DNA from: Octopus vulgaris
Taxonomy: Eukaryota
Reading direction: 5' to 3'
Assembly: GCA_951406725.2 (NCBI GenBank)
Contig: OX597819.1
Location: forward strand, 83,638,001-83,702,000
DNA: 64,000 nucleotides
The notes under the pieces are model-generated. The model was not told the origin of the DNA. It made no database searches and worked only from the letters and a program-made list of their open reading frames with translations. Below are positions 27,339 through 39,867 of this stretch, one piece after another (the first letter of the stretch is position 1; every line of letters starts with the position of its first letter). A program made the translations under genes and the position numbers.

Positions 27339-27542
27339 CAGATGGCTGGCTGACTGGATAGGTAGATAAATTCTGTGCACGAACTCCGATGGTGATAGTA
27401 TTCAAGATCGTTCAACTTTTTCACCCTATCAATACTGAGTTGAGTAAACAGAACGATGAACGCACATCTAATTTACGTCAGAAACAGCTGTAAGTCAAAG
27501 ATGCACAAATAAAATAGGTATGTAAAACTCCTTATTTATACC

Positions 27543-27589
<47 letters not shown>

Positions 27590-27897
27590 TTACCTTGATA
27601 GATCATCAAATTATATTGCCAAGTATTTCTAGAGACTTTTTGTAACTGGCTAATTTCAGTATTTCGGTATTTGTATAAAAATACATCCGTATTTGTATTA
27701 GCCTTTAAGATCGTTTCTTCCGTCGCTATCTTTCTTTCTTTCTTTCTTCTTGTTAAACAGCTAGGTTACAAACCAACACCAGTCGTCAAGCAATGGAAGG
27801 GACAAACACAAAGACACATTTACACACAACATACACACACACATATACGACGTGCTTCTACACAATTTCCATCTACCAAATTCAGACGCAAGGTATA

Positions 27898-28175
27898 TCC
27901 GATAACCTCTGCTAAATAGAAATAACGGCAACCCGTCGGTGAAATGAGCTCAGCGAGGACGAGTGGCAGCTGCAGTAAGTGTCGCTGGCCATTCTCCGCG
28001 GTAACGCCATCGCGGTCACTACCGCAGAATACGGCGGAGCACTTCCTTTTCATTCCTTTTTTTATTTTTTATCTCTCTTTTTTTTCCTTATTTCTTTGTA
28101 TTTTCAATGAATTATTTCTGGAATAAATGAGTGTCTTTAAAAAAAAAAAAATCCGTTGCTAAAAAGGAAAACTAG
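27898..28175 (+). mobile_element. ~280-bp insertion splitting a family A SINE, with Helitron-like termini
   Basis: SINE sequence stops at ~27897 and resumes at 28176; insert begins TC and ends CTAG before T, with a weak subterminal hairpin. Confidence 0.4.
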
Positions 28176-29012
28176 TATTAGTCGATCCGAAACTATAATA
28201 AAAGATACTTAATGTGTCATAAAGTGGGGACTGAATCCTAAACCATGTGGTTGTAACGCGAGGTTCTTAACCACACTGTCAAACCTGCATCTACACTCAC
28301 CTATCTTTGTAATATATTTTTGTAATTTAGCAATCACTTTTTTTTTTACATAAAATTTTGATTTTGTTCATAGTTTTAGTAATAAACAAGCTAAGTCGAG
28401 AGCAACGCAGCGATTCTTTCTGCATACTACAACGATATTAAAACCCACTATTGCCTAAATAACTCAAAAAACGAAGAATGAGAAAAGAGAAATACTATCT
28501 TAGTCAAGACACGTTTTCTTGGACATAGAAAAACGAGAAAAGAAAACTCCTCCTAATATGTGTTTTCAAATCACGTTAACCGAGTGATATCGTAAAACTG
28601 AAACAGAAATATATTTTCATCAACAGATAATGTAAAATGACGACACACTAGAAGCCATATGACGTCTTCATGGCCTTTAACGTATCAAGTAGGAGATAGT
28701 GCAGTCGAAGGATAAGCGTTAACATAACCTGCAAGTGTCAACTTGTAGAGTTTCGCTGCAGTTGTTGTGTGCTATGTCTGTTTAGCTTGATATTCAACTA
28801 AGGAATGACAATACGTGAAAATTAAATTCCTTTTTTACTCCAATGCAGCATGTTTGACATGAATATAGTGTGAAAATGCACTATTTGCACGTGCACATGT
28901 ATACGCATGCACATATATGCACACAGATAGTTATGCGTATAAAATTACATCTACCGATTCGTGTTTGTGTGTGTAAACTAAATACAAAAAACCACATACA
29001 CGCACACACACA

Positions 29013-29070
<58 letters not shown>

Positions 29071-29309
29071 TATATAGCATTTCGACTCGGCTCCATATGA
29101 CTCAAAGTTTCATGGGAGCAAAGATCACGTCCGTCTCCTCAGAATTCGCGCCTACGAAACTTCAAGTCATATGTAGGTGAGTCAAAAACTGTTATTAAAA
29201 AATATATGTATCTTCTACGAAATGTATTGAGTGTCACTTTCTTTCATTTGTCCACACCCGCACGTGTACATGTTTATTTGTTTGTGTGTTTGTGCGTGTG
29301 CGTGTGTGT

Positions 29310-29355
<46 letters not shown>

Positions 29356-29851
29356 TTTTTGTATTTAGTTTACAAAATTCTTGATGTGAACTCGTGGGTT
29401 GGAACAGACTTTGTTGTATCTGGAGAAGGTCATTATGCCAATAAGAAACACACGCACTGGTTCTGTTTCACTTCTATATCATTCGCCAATTAGTTAACTA
29501 TTTAACCAATTAACTAATCGATTGTTTGATTAATCATTTGATTAATCAATCAATCAGTCATGCTTGTCAGAATTCTTTCGTCGCCTTTCGCGACCTCTTT
29601 GATGACATGCTTTCTTTACTCCTGGTCAGCCGGAATAGACAAACGTAACTGACTGATTGATCAGCCGAATGACTAGTCAAACAATCGATAAGATGATTCG
29701 TTAAATGATTAGTCAGCTGGCGAAAAATAAAGAAGTGAAATAGAATAAGTGCGTGTGTTTATTATTAGCATAATGAACTTCCCCCAGATACAACAAAGTC
29801 TATACCAACCCATGTGTTCACATCAAGAATCATGCAAACTAAATACAAAAA
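29356..29851. mobile_element. Inverted pair of Penelope-like terminal repeats with a decayed hammerhead in the spacer
   Basis: Arms 29356-29568 and 29638-29851 are diverged reverse complements; 29566-29606 (-) reads GTCA-tcaaaga-G-GTCGC-gaaag-GCGAC-GAAA-GAATTC-TGAC. Confidence 0.7.
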
Positions 29852-30258
29852 ATACATATATGTCTGTCTGTCTGTCTGTATGTATGTATGTACGTATAGA
29901 TGCCGTATGGCTACATAACTAAGGAGTTCTCTGCGCAATCTCGATGTCCCAGATTCGGCCACACTGTATAGCATTCGGGGTAAACATATTTCTATAGTCA
30001 GGTGTCGATCCATTCATTGTGAGCCAAACTGAGTTGACGGAAATTGTATATAAGGCCATTCAGATGATGGATTATACCTGTAACTCAAAGGTACAGCGTT
30101 GTGATGCTCTGTGTCGCACTGATTCTGCTTGAGAATAACATTAAGGGTACCTGTAATTTGTAGAATGCTCGGCTACTTATTACTTGATCGAACAATTAAA
30201 TATACTCAATGTTGAACGTAGTGGAGAGCCTTCATGTTTATACTGTTTTGCATACCAA

Positions 30259-30630
30259 CAGCGCTGGATTAACCATTAAGCAAAATAAGCACGTACTTAG
30301 GACATCAAGGGAAGGTGAGGGCACCACAGAAATGGTAAGTGGTTTACGGCGCAAAAGAAATCACTTTATCTCTACTAAGTATGGAAGCAAATGTGTTACG
30401 CAAGATAAATTTTGAGGATCTGATTTAAGACTTTGCAATTAAAAAGAAAGGCAAGAAAAATCTTTTCAAATATGAAAAATAAACATTATTTTCGAGCTTA
30501 CTGTTAGTTTTGTTTTATTTTGAAAAATAAAAATTTATTTTATAGTTTACTATTGTTTATATTTTGAATTACATATGTATGGGGGCACCTAAATTTTTTA
30601 AGTGCTTCTATGGGTCTTAATCCGGCCTGG
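30259..30630. mobile_element. hAT-type MITE
   Basis: CAGCGCTGGATTAA ... TTAATCCGGCCTG termini; imperfect TSD CATACCAA/CGTACAAA. Confidence 0.65.
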
Positions 30631-30797
30631 CGTACAAAGGAAGTCCTACACTATTTCGCAGACTTTAAAGTTCCGTATACTTTAATGTAATGTGGAGTTG
30701 AGACAACGTGTTAATGAACACTAAGCTCACACATACACATACACATATATAGACACACAACGTACACTTATAAAGATGCACATACATACATACATAT

Positions 30798-31300
30798 TTA
30801 CATGGTGGCTGCCCCCTCGTTATCGAGTATTGCCATTGCACGAAGCTTAATCAATGTTGCTATCGTGCAATGCCTGTGCAAGAAGATTTTTTTTTTAAGT
30901 GAGGAAAGGCTGTGCACTGAGTCAATCCCACTCACTAAGCAACAGCAGCTATAATCCGAAAAAAAGAACAAGTCAACATCATCGGTAACCACTGAGCCGC
31001 AGGTTTTATGTCGGAGCTATCCCAGTTACCTGAGTTACCTTCTCCTAGAAGGATGCCCTAACAAAGGCTAGGAGTCCTTCACTCCCAATGGTTTAACCGC
31101 GCGATCGGGTATTCGGTCCGATTATTTCTATGTCCCCGCGCATGATACAGCCTTAAGACATTTATTGGATGGCCGTTGACTCTCAAGAGTTCCTCCGCCT
31201 TTTGACGGGTTTTGTTTTTCATCCCGCAGGGTGTCCAGTAAACACCCTCCTCACCAAGCAAGCTTGGTGGGGTTGCCGGTTTAGTCGCCGACGACCCGAC
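30798..31300 (-). mobile_element. Non-coding RTE-5'UTR-like repeat (non-autonomous); second copy at 55100-55500
   Basis: Colinear with 55153-55490; contains GGGCATCCTTCTAGGAGAAGGTAACTC, similar to the CTAGGAGAAGGAAAACTC block recalled from RTE 5' UTRs. Confidence 0.65.
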
Positions 31301-31311
31301 TATACATACAT

Positions 31312-32225
31312 AAAATTAATGTCTCCCACTCATTCTATATTGACGACCTAAAGTTATATTGTGGTAGTATAATCAGCATCAAGACAAAAATTGAACTAGT
31401 AACAACATTCTCACGAGATATAGGAATGGCGTTTAGGCAAGATAAATGCTCATACACGATAGTTAACCGAGGAAATATTGTCGACCAGAAAACATGTACA
31501 TCAACGATTTGTTTATCTCGTTTGTCTCTAATGATGAAAGCTACAAATACCTCGGAATCGATAAGAAGGTTGCACACGTTGGTGCTGTGACAAAAGCCAG
31601 AAATAACAAAGGAGTACTTCTGTAAACCCCGGAAAATATGGAACTCAGAGCTGTTTGCATTTAACAAGACCATATCTCACAATGCTTTTGCAGTACCAGT
31701 GCTAGTACCAATATTTCGTTATATTTGGACTGAACACTCAATGATACGCAGCCCGGACATCAAAACCAGGAAGGTACTGTCCATCACTGGCGACTTCCAC
31801 AGTAACACCGATAGAATTTATGTGATGGCGGTAGATTTATGCAGATGGCATAAAGTCAGTCCAAGCAACCTTTGAATGTCACATTGTATCACTCAGACAA
31901 CACCTGCTGAATATTAAAGAAAGAAATAAGTACATTCCATGTATATTCAATAAAGGAGAGCAACATCTTCAGTGTTGAAGCAGAACTACTATGAACTATT
32001 CTGAGAATACAATTGTCTCGTGCGACCCAATGGCAGCTGAACTGGCCTTCTTATACAGAAACTTGGAGAAGTACGCATTATACCAGCAAAGAGTAATGCA
32101 TGGGTACATATCCCCTAAGCTAGAGGGCAACAACAGCATTGATAGGAAGAGTAGCTTCTCCTGGCCCAGTGAAGATACATTACATTCCACCTAGAAGCTA
32201 TACCTTCGCTATCCAGGAGCAGGAG
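31312..32225 (+). pseudogene. R4/Dong-clade RT fragment including the catalytic YIDD motif
   Basis: From 31321: VSHSFYIDDLKLYCGS...ELVTTFSRDIGMAFRQDKC (YIDD at 31336-31347); then YKYLGID, IWNSELFAFNKTISHNAFAVPVL, DIKTRKVL, FAIQEQE with frameshifts. Confidence 0.9.
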
Positions 32226-32357
32226 GGAGCTTTTCTTTAATAATTTTTCCAAAATCTTAGTCGATGGAAGTTCTTACATATATGAGACCAAATTACACGT
32301 GTATCTTTGAGTGTATGTGAGTGTGTGTATATACATAATTTATATTTATATATATAT

Positions 32358-32750
32358 GTGTCTCTTCTACTTTTTGATAATTATAAATCTTCCACTGAGG
32401 AGGTAACCGGTTTCCAACAAAGATACAAGGCTCCATCTTTGGGATGTAGCTAACACAGACAAATTCACATTTGGAACTTGAGAAAAGTCTTGCATATTTT
32501 TACTGTTCCACTCACAGATTGCACTTGTAATGTATGAATTAGCCGGTTGATTTCTCTTTCTGAAAATCCCAGTTTATCCATATTCTCCTTTAAGCATTTA
32601 CTAACAAAACCTAGTGCTCCAATTATTATTGGTATCAATATGAATTTATAGTCTGGATATAGAAGATATCCTCTTTTTCTTTGATCTTCAAAGATATATT
32701 TATATCTGCAGGACAGCTGACATCTGTGATGATATATAGCTTTGCCCCTC
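32358..32750 (-). mobile_element. R4/Dong-clade 3' end A (restriction-like endonuclease C-terminus plus 3' UTR)
   Basis: IITDVSCPADINISLKIKEKED / LYPDYKFILIPIIIGALG...GTVKICKTFLKFQM* (stop at 32465); 5'-truncated at (CATA)n. Confidence 0.88.
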
Positions 32751-32835
32751 TGTATGTATGTATGTATGTATGTATGTATGTATGTATGTATGTATGTATG
32801 TATGTATGTATGTATGCATGCATGCATGTATGTAT

Positions 32836-33446
32836 GTCATTACTCTGTTTATTTCAAAATTTCTTGCCAAACGAGAAAGAACCGGTTTCTAACCTAGATC
32901 CAAGGCTCCTTCATTGGAATTTCAACATTAGCAACAGGGTATTTTTGCTTGTATGTATGTATGTATGTATGTATGTATGTATGTATGTATGTATGTATGT
33001 ATGTATGTATGTATGTATGTATGTATGTATGTATGTATGTTTGTATGTATGTATGTATGTATGTATGTATGTATGTATGTATGTATGTATGTATGTATGT
33101 ATGTATGTATGTACAAATTTGTATGTTTTATGTATGTATTCTCGTGCATATAGTTGCATATCTAGACATGCTCATATATTTTTAAATGGTAAACTTCTGG
33201 AAAGTTTTACAGATTTTACAGTTCCAGTGACGGATTGGATCTATAGTCTTCGAATTAGCTTTCTCCTTCCTGGTTTTCAGAAGCCTAATTTTTCAAGATT
33301 GGTATTTAGGCAGTGTGTTATGTATCCTAGGGTCCGATAATTACAGGTATAAACCAGAACTTGTAATCTGGATAGAGTAACAACAGATTTCTCAGTAGTT
33401 CAGCATAAGTGTTCTCTTTTTCATTGATCTTCAGTTTTATGTTAAC

Positions 33447-33447
<1 letters not shown>
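32836..33447 (-). mobile_element. R4/Dong-clade 3' end B (related subfamily) with (CATA)n inside its 3' UTR
   Basis: NIKLKINEKENTYAELLRNLLLLYPDYKFWFIPVIIG...QSVTGTVK; UTR shares GGAGCCTTG.ATCT..GTT.GAAACCGGTT with copy A; (CATA)n at both ends. Confidence 0.88.
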
Positions 33448-33477
<30 letters not shown>

Positions 33478-33772
33478 TGTATGTATGTATGTATGTATGT
33501 ATGTATGTATGTATGTATGTATGTATGTATGTATGTATGTGTGTGTGTATGTATGTATGTATGTATGTATGTATGTATGTATGTATGTATGTATGTATGT
33601 ATGTATGTATTTCTACATACATATACATATATACAAATTCAAAATCCAATACAACTGCATCTGTATGTTTCGAAATCTTTATAGAAACTTCGAAAGCTTT
33701 GCGTATACGTAAATAAAAGCTTTACATTGTATCCTTCTTCGAACGGTCTCCCCAATTTCTGTATCAAGACAG

Positions 33773-33816
<44 letters not shown>

Positions 33817-33838
33817 ATACACGCACGCGCGCGCACGC

Positions 33839-33882
<44 letters not shown>

Positions 33883-34089
33883 TGTGTGTGTGATTGCTTC
33901 ACATCGTGGAATATAGCCACTTAAAGCACAAATAGGAATTGTAATATTTACTCCTACTTTATATCTTGAGGTGTGAAAATTAGCATTATAAGACCTGGTC
34001 ACTGACACAGTTCCACTCTAACTGTTTTGCTAATGACCTGTTTTTTCTCTTTTTTGGGGGTTTTGTTTTTTGTTTTTTTTTGTTTTTTA

Positions 34090-34608
34090 ATCTTCTGCGT
34101 TGAAAGTACGGATTCATAGGTTTGTTGTATTCATGTTCGTTGACTTTGACCTCTGATCATCGGTCATTGATCTGCTATCATTAGTCATTCCCAGATTCCA
34201 TTTTTATTCCTTTATTATTATTATTATTATTATTATTTTATTTTTTCCTTGTTTACAGTATTCTATATATCATTGTATTTTTGTAACAAGTTTAACATAA
34301 AAGTTCACCCTACATTGCAGGAACCGCAATTTCTATAGATTTATATCACACAAGAAAAATGTTTTCGGTGATCGTGGTAGGTTTTAATTCAAAGCTAACC
34401 TTCAAGAAAAGAAAACATGAGAGGTGGAAAGATGACAGCGGTATATACGATCTTATAAACAAGTCAAAAACAAAAACCAAAAAAGAAAAAGAAAGGAAGA
34501 AAATATATATACCTAACGATGACCGATCGGTGACCGATACCAAGAGGTCAAAATCAATCAAATGGAATACAGCACATCCATATGTCCGCATATTCAATAC
34601 AAAAGTAG
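34090..34608. repeat. Old degenerate inverted repeat (fold-back element)
   Basis: 34090-34190 aligns with the reverse complement of 34510-34608 (TTGAYTTTGACCTCT..ATCGGTCA..GATC); weaker symmetry continues toward a centre near 34350. Confidence 0.65.
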
Positions 34609-34820
34609 ATATGACCATTTTTAGATGTATTTTTAATTGGCTTTTCCTTAAGTTTTAACACGCTGTCTCAGATCAAGTCATTTGTTAGACAATTTAAACA
34701 AAAGCGTGTGTGTGTGCGTGCGTGCGTGTGTGTGTGTGTGTCTGTGTGTGTGTGTGTGTGCGTGTGTGTGTGTGTGAACTATGATCGTAAAATTGTGGTT
34801 TCGATTCCTAGAGCGATGTG

Positions 34821-35630
34821 GGATCTCTTCTGTTTGGCTCACAGATTTTTTAAATTAAAATTTTTTTTTAACTAAGCAGTTTGAAACTTCGTATACTGGT
34901 GTAATTTCTTACGCTCAACACCGTTTATTTTCAACATTTTTGACAAAATTTCGTATTTTAGAAGTTATTTCTTGTTAAACTTGTGGTATTTGGGTGATTT
35001 TAACCAATCAACGACTGAAAGCTACTGCTGTTTGCGATAGTAATCGAAGAGCAACAACTTCCGGTTCATCACTACTAAATGTATGTATTGTGTGTATCTG
35101 TCTCTGTATGTGTGTGTGTGTGTGTATGTGTAAGTATGTGATATATGTGCATGCATACGTGTGTCTACGTATATAACCCAAATTATACATATCATCATCA
35201 TCATCATAATTTACACATATCCATTGCTTAGTGTGGACCCACATACATACGCACTTGTATGATTTGGGTTTTGTGTGTGTTTTAAGTGATATGTTTAAAT
35301 AATCAACTAATGAATGTAGATCCTTATCATAATTATTTATTTCCGTTCTGGAGACAGATACACACACATTTAGCAGAGATGACCCGGAAGTTGTAGCTCT
35401 TCGATTACTATCGCAAACAGCAGTAGCTTTCTTCAACTGAATACACGTCGTTGATTGGTTAAAATTACCCAAATACGACAACTTTAACAGGAAATAACTT
35501 CTAAAGTACGAAATTTTGTCCAAAAAGTAAACCGTGTTGAGCGTGAGAAGTTACACCAGTATACGAAGTTTCAAACTGTTTAGTTAAAAAATAATAATTA
35601 AAAAATCTATGAGCCAAACTGAAGAGATCT
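34821..35630. mobile_element. Non-autonomous DNA transposon with ~280-bp TIRs and perfect 8-bp TSD (Merlin-like?)
   Basis: GGATCTCTTC...GAAGAGATCT termini; TSD GCGATGTG at 34813-34820 and 35631-35638; arms ~34821-35105 and ~35351-35630. Confidence 0.9.
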
Positions 35631-35655
35631 GCGATGTGTTTAGCTCAGTATTCCT

Positions 35656-35862
35656 AAGGTGGCGAGCTGGGAGAAACGTTAGCACGCCGGGCGAAATGCT
35701 TAGCGGTATTTCATCCGTCTTTGTGTTCTGAGTTCAAATTCCACGGAGGTCGACTTTGCCTTTCATCATTTCGGGGTCGATAAATTAAGTACCAGTTGCG
35801 TACTGGAGTTTATCTAATCGACTTAGCCATCTCCCCCAAAATTTCGGGTCTTGTGTCTAGAA
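35656..35862 (+). mobile_element. SINE family B (B1-type tail)
   Basis: AAGGTGGCGAGCTGGGAGAAACGTTAGCACGCC head, GAGTTCAAATTCC B-box, core match. Confidence 0.85.
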
Positions 35863-36509
35863 TAGAAAAAGTATTCCCGCGACGGACTGGTGTGCCGTCC
35901 AGAGGAGAGTGCATATGACAGGCTAAGGAGTTCTATCTTCTAAGTGTGTGTGTGTGTGAGTGCGCGCGCGCGCGTATGTGTGAGTATGTGTGTGCGCGTG
36001 CGCGCGCACGCTCTTTGCCTTCTTTATATTCCTTTCGGGGTGGATAAAATAAGTACGTACTAGTTAAATATTTTGGTAGATGTAATCGACTTACCCGCAT
36101 CTCTTGAATGTGGTATCCTTGTGCTAAAATTTGACATCTATTTATCTATATATTAATATATAGATAGATAACGTTTCTGCCGGCTATCTATCAATCTATA
36201 TATATATATAGAGAGAGAGATAAATAGCCGACAGAATCGTTACCGCATTGGACAAATGCTTAGCAACATTTCTTCCGATTTTATGTCATCCTTTCATCCT
36301 TTCTGGGTCGACCTCGAACGGATAAAAATCAAGGTTGACCTCGGTGGGTTTTGAAATCAGAATGTAAAAGAACCGAAAGATGTACCGCAAGGCATTCCTT
36401 CCGAACGATCTAATGATTCTGCCAACTCGTTGTCCTTGGTATATAATAACAAATATTTCTTGATGAAAGGAAGTAATTTTAACGATGGAGTTAAATTTAT
36501 CACTCAAAG

Positions 36510-37051
36510 CAGTGGTTCTCAACCGGGATCTGTATAATCCCTCGGGATCCATATATGAGTATTGAAGGTCCACGGAAGCAAATTCGTAATTTTTGTTTTA
36601 TTGCCCACAAGGGGCTGAACATGGAGGGGACAAACAAGGACAAACAAAGGAATTAAGTCAATTACATCGACCCCAGTGCGTAACTGATACTTAATTTATC
36701 GACTCCGAAAGGATGAAAGGCAAAGTTGACCTCGGCGAAATTTGAACTCAGAACGCAGCAGCGGTCGAAATAACACAAAGCAATTCATCGTAAATTGGGG
36801 ATTAATTAAGACTTCATGAAAAAAAAAATTGCTTTATATGTCTCTATTGCAAGAAACTGCAATATTTCTTTCTCTAACGTTCTACATAGTTCTACCTACA
36901 CAAGCTAATGTGTGAAAAGCAAATTAGGAATTTTGAATGTATCTATAAAAGTAATTTTTACACTACAAATGGTTATGTGGGTTCACCAGATTAAAATAAA
37001 ATAGTAATCAAAGGAGACCATAACTAAAAAAAAAAACGTTCAGAACCACTG
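36510..37051. mobile_element. hAT/Charlie-type MITE with a nested family B2 SINE (~36597-36770, minus)
   Basis: CAGTGGTTCTCAAC...GTTCAGAACCACTG TIRs; imperfect 8-bp TSD ACTCAAAG/ATTTAAAG. Confidence 0.75.
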
Positions 37052-37278
37052 ATTTAAAGGATGTGAGTGGGGGAATATGAATTCAAGATTTCGTCAAATT
37101 GGTCGAACAGGCCACGAAACATAGGAAACTTGAACTGTATATGTACATGAAAAACTATATTTTTTTCATTAATTTTTTTTACCTAATATACGAATGCTTG
37201 CTTTTATTCGATTTATGAAAACTTAATGGGACAACACCCCCCCTCTCTCTCTCTCTCTGCTTATATATATATATATGT

Positions 37279-38200
<922 letters not shown>

Positions 38201-38537
38201 ATATATACACATGAAAAGCACATCGTATGTATACTACATAACATTATGATGTATTCAACTGAGAAGGCATCATGTACCTGAAGCGGAAACACGCCGGACA
38301 TTTGTAATTTGCGTTATATGCATCCGATGTGCTTTTGAAACAATTGTAGTTACTCAACGACTTCTTCCTTGTCAGTCTTTTGCAGATTTGATTATCAGAT
38401 AAAAATTAACCTTTGTGTGCTTCGAAATGAAATTGTATAGTACCTGTTATCTTATCGGAATTTTCTGTTTAATCTCTAAATGGGACGAACTGTATTTGAT
38501 GTACTGTTTGGTGAATGTATTGATCAATTATCGAGTC

Positions 38538-38814
38538 CAGTTCTATATTTAAGAGATGAGGAATTATGTACATTATTTACATTATTTACAATTGACGGAT
38601 ATTTGTCCTCATCTTGTTTGTTGTTAACACAACGTTTCGGCTGATATACCCCCCAACCTTCATCAGGTGTCTTGGAGAAATTTCGAACCTGGATTCTCAT
38701 TCCTAAGGTATATTTCGATGTTGTTAATAATATTATTATTATTATTCAAGTCACTGCCTGGAATCGAACTCGGAATCTTGGGGTTAGTAGCCCGCGCTCT
38801 TAACCACTACACCA
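38538..38814 (-). mobile_element. SINE family H copy 1: tRNA-like head + (AAT)n + hammerhead-bearing tail
   Basis: Reverse complement of 38853-39167 plus ~25 extra 3' nt; TGGTGTAGTGG A-box and GAGTTCGATTCC B-box. Confidence 0.9.
38626..38671 (-). ncRNA. Minimal type I hammerhead ribozyme motif, core intact
   Basis: GACAC-CTGATGA-A-GGTTG-(loop)-CAGCC-GAAAC-GTT-GTGTT: stem I GACAC/GTGTT, stem II GGTTG/CAGCC, palindromic AACGTT in place of stem III. Confidence 0.8.
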
Positions 38815-38841
38815 CGGGCATAGTAGCACGGGCTCTTAACT

Positions 38842-38915
38842 CACGAGCATAGGGTGTAGTGGTTAAGAGCGCGGGCTACTAACCTCAAGATTCCGAGTTC
38901 GATTCCAGGCAGTGA

Positions 38916-38984
<69 letters not shown>

Positions 38985-39167
38985 CAAGAACAACGAGAAC
39001 AAGAACAACAACAACAACAACATCGACATATACCTTGTGAATGAGAACCCAGGTTCGAAATTTCTCCAAGACACCTGATGAAGGCTGGAGGGTATATCAG
39101 CCAAAATGTTGTGTTAACAAAAAACAAAATGAGGACAAATATCCGTCAATTGTAAATAATGTACATA
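38842..39167 (+). mobile_element. SINE family H copy 2 (head-to-head with copy 1)
   Basis: A-box-like GGTGTAGTGG at 38853-38862, B-box at 38895-38906, (AAT)n(AAC)n, hammerhead at 39070-39115 with GAAAC mutated to AAAAT. Confidence 0.9.
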
Positions 39168-39239
39168 CTTATCGAGTCGTGTTCTCTATAAAACCCGTGT
39201 TTATGTTAGATACTAACAAACTGCGTCTTACCAGATTTA

Positions 39240-39765
<526 letters not shown>

Positions 39766-39815
39766 ATTGTTGTTGTTGTTTTTGTTGTTGTTGTTGTTGT
39801 TGTTGTTGCTGCTGC

Positions 39816-39867
<52 letters not shown>

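Noticed and set aside
31312-32750. Single twin-primed (5'-inverted) R4/Dong insertion
   Set aside because: The two parts converge tail-to-tail with the 3' UTR internal, which twin priming does not produce; treated as separate insertions.
38845-38918. tRNA gene
   Set aside because: Acceptor and anticodon stems do not pair properly, and the head is fused to a repeat body in two copies; treated as a SINE head.
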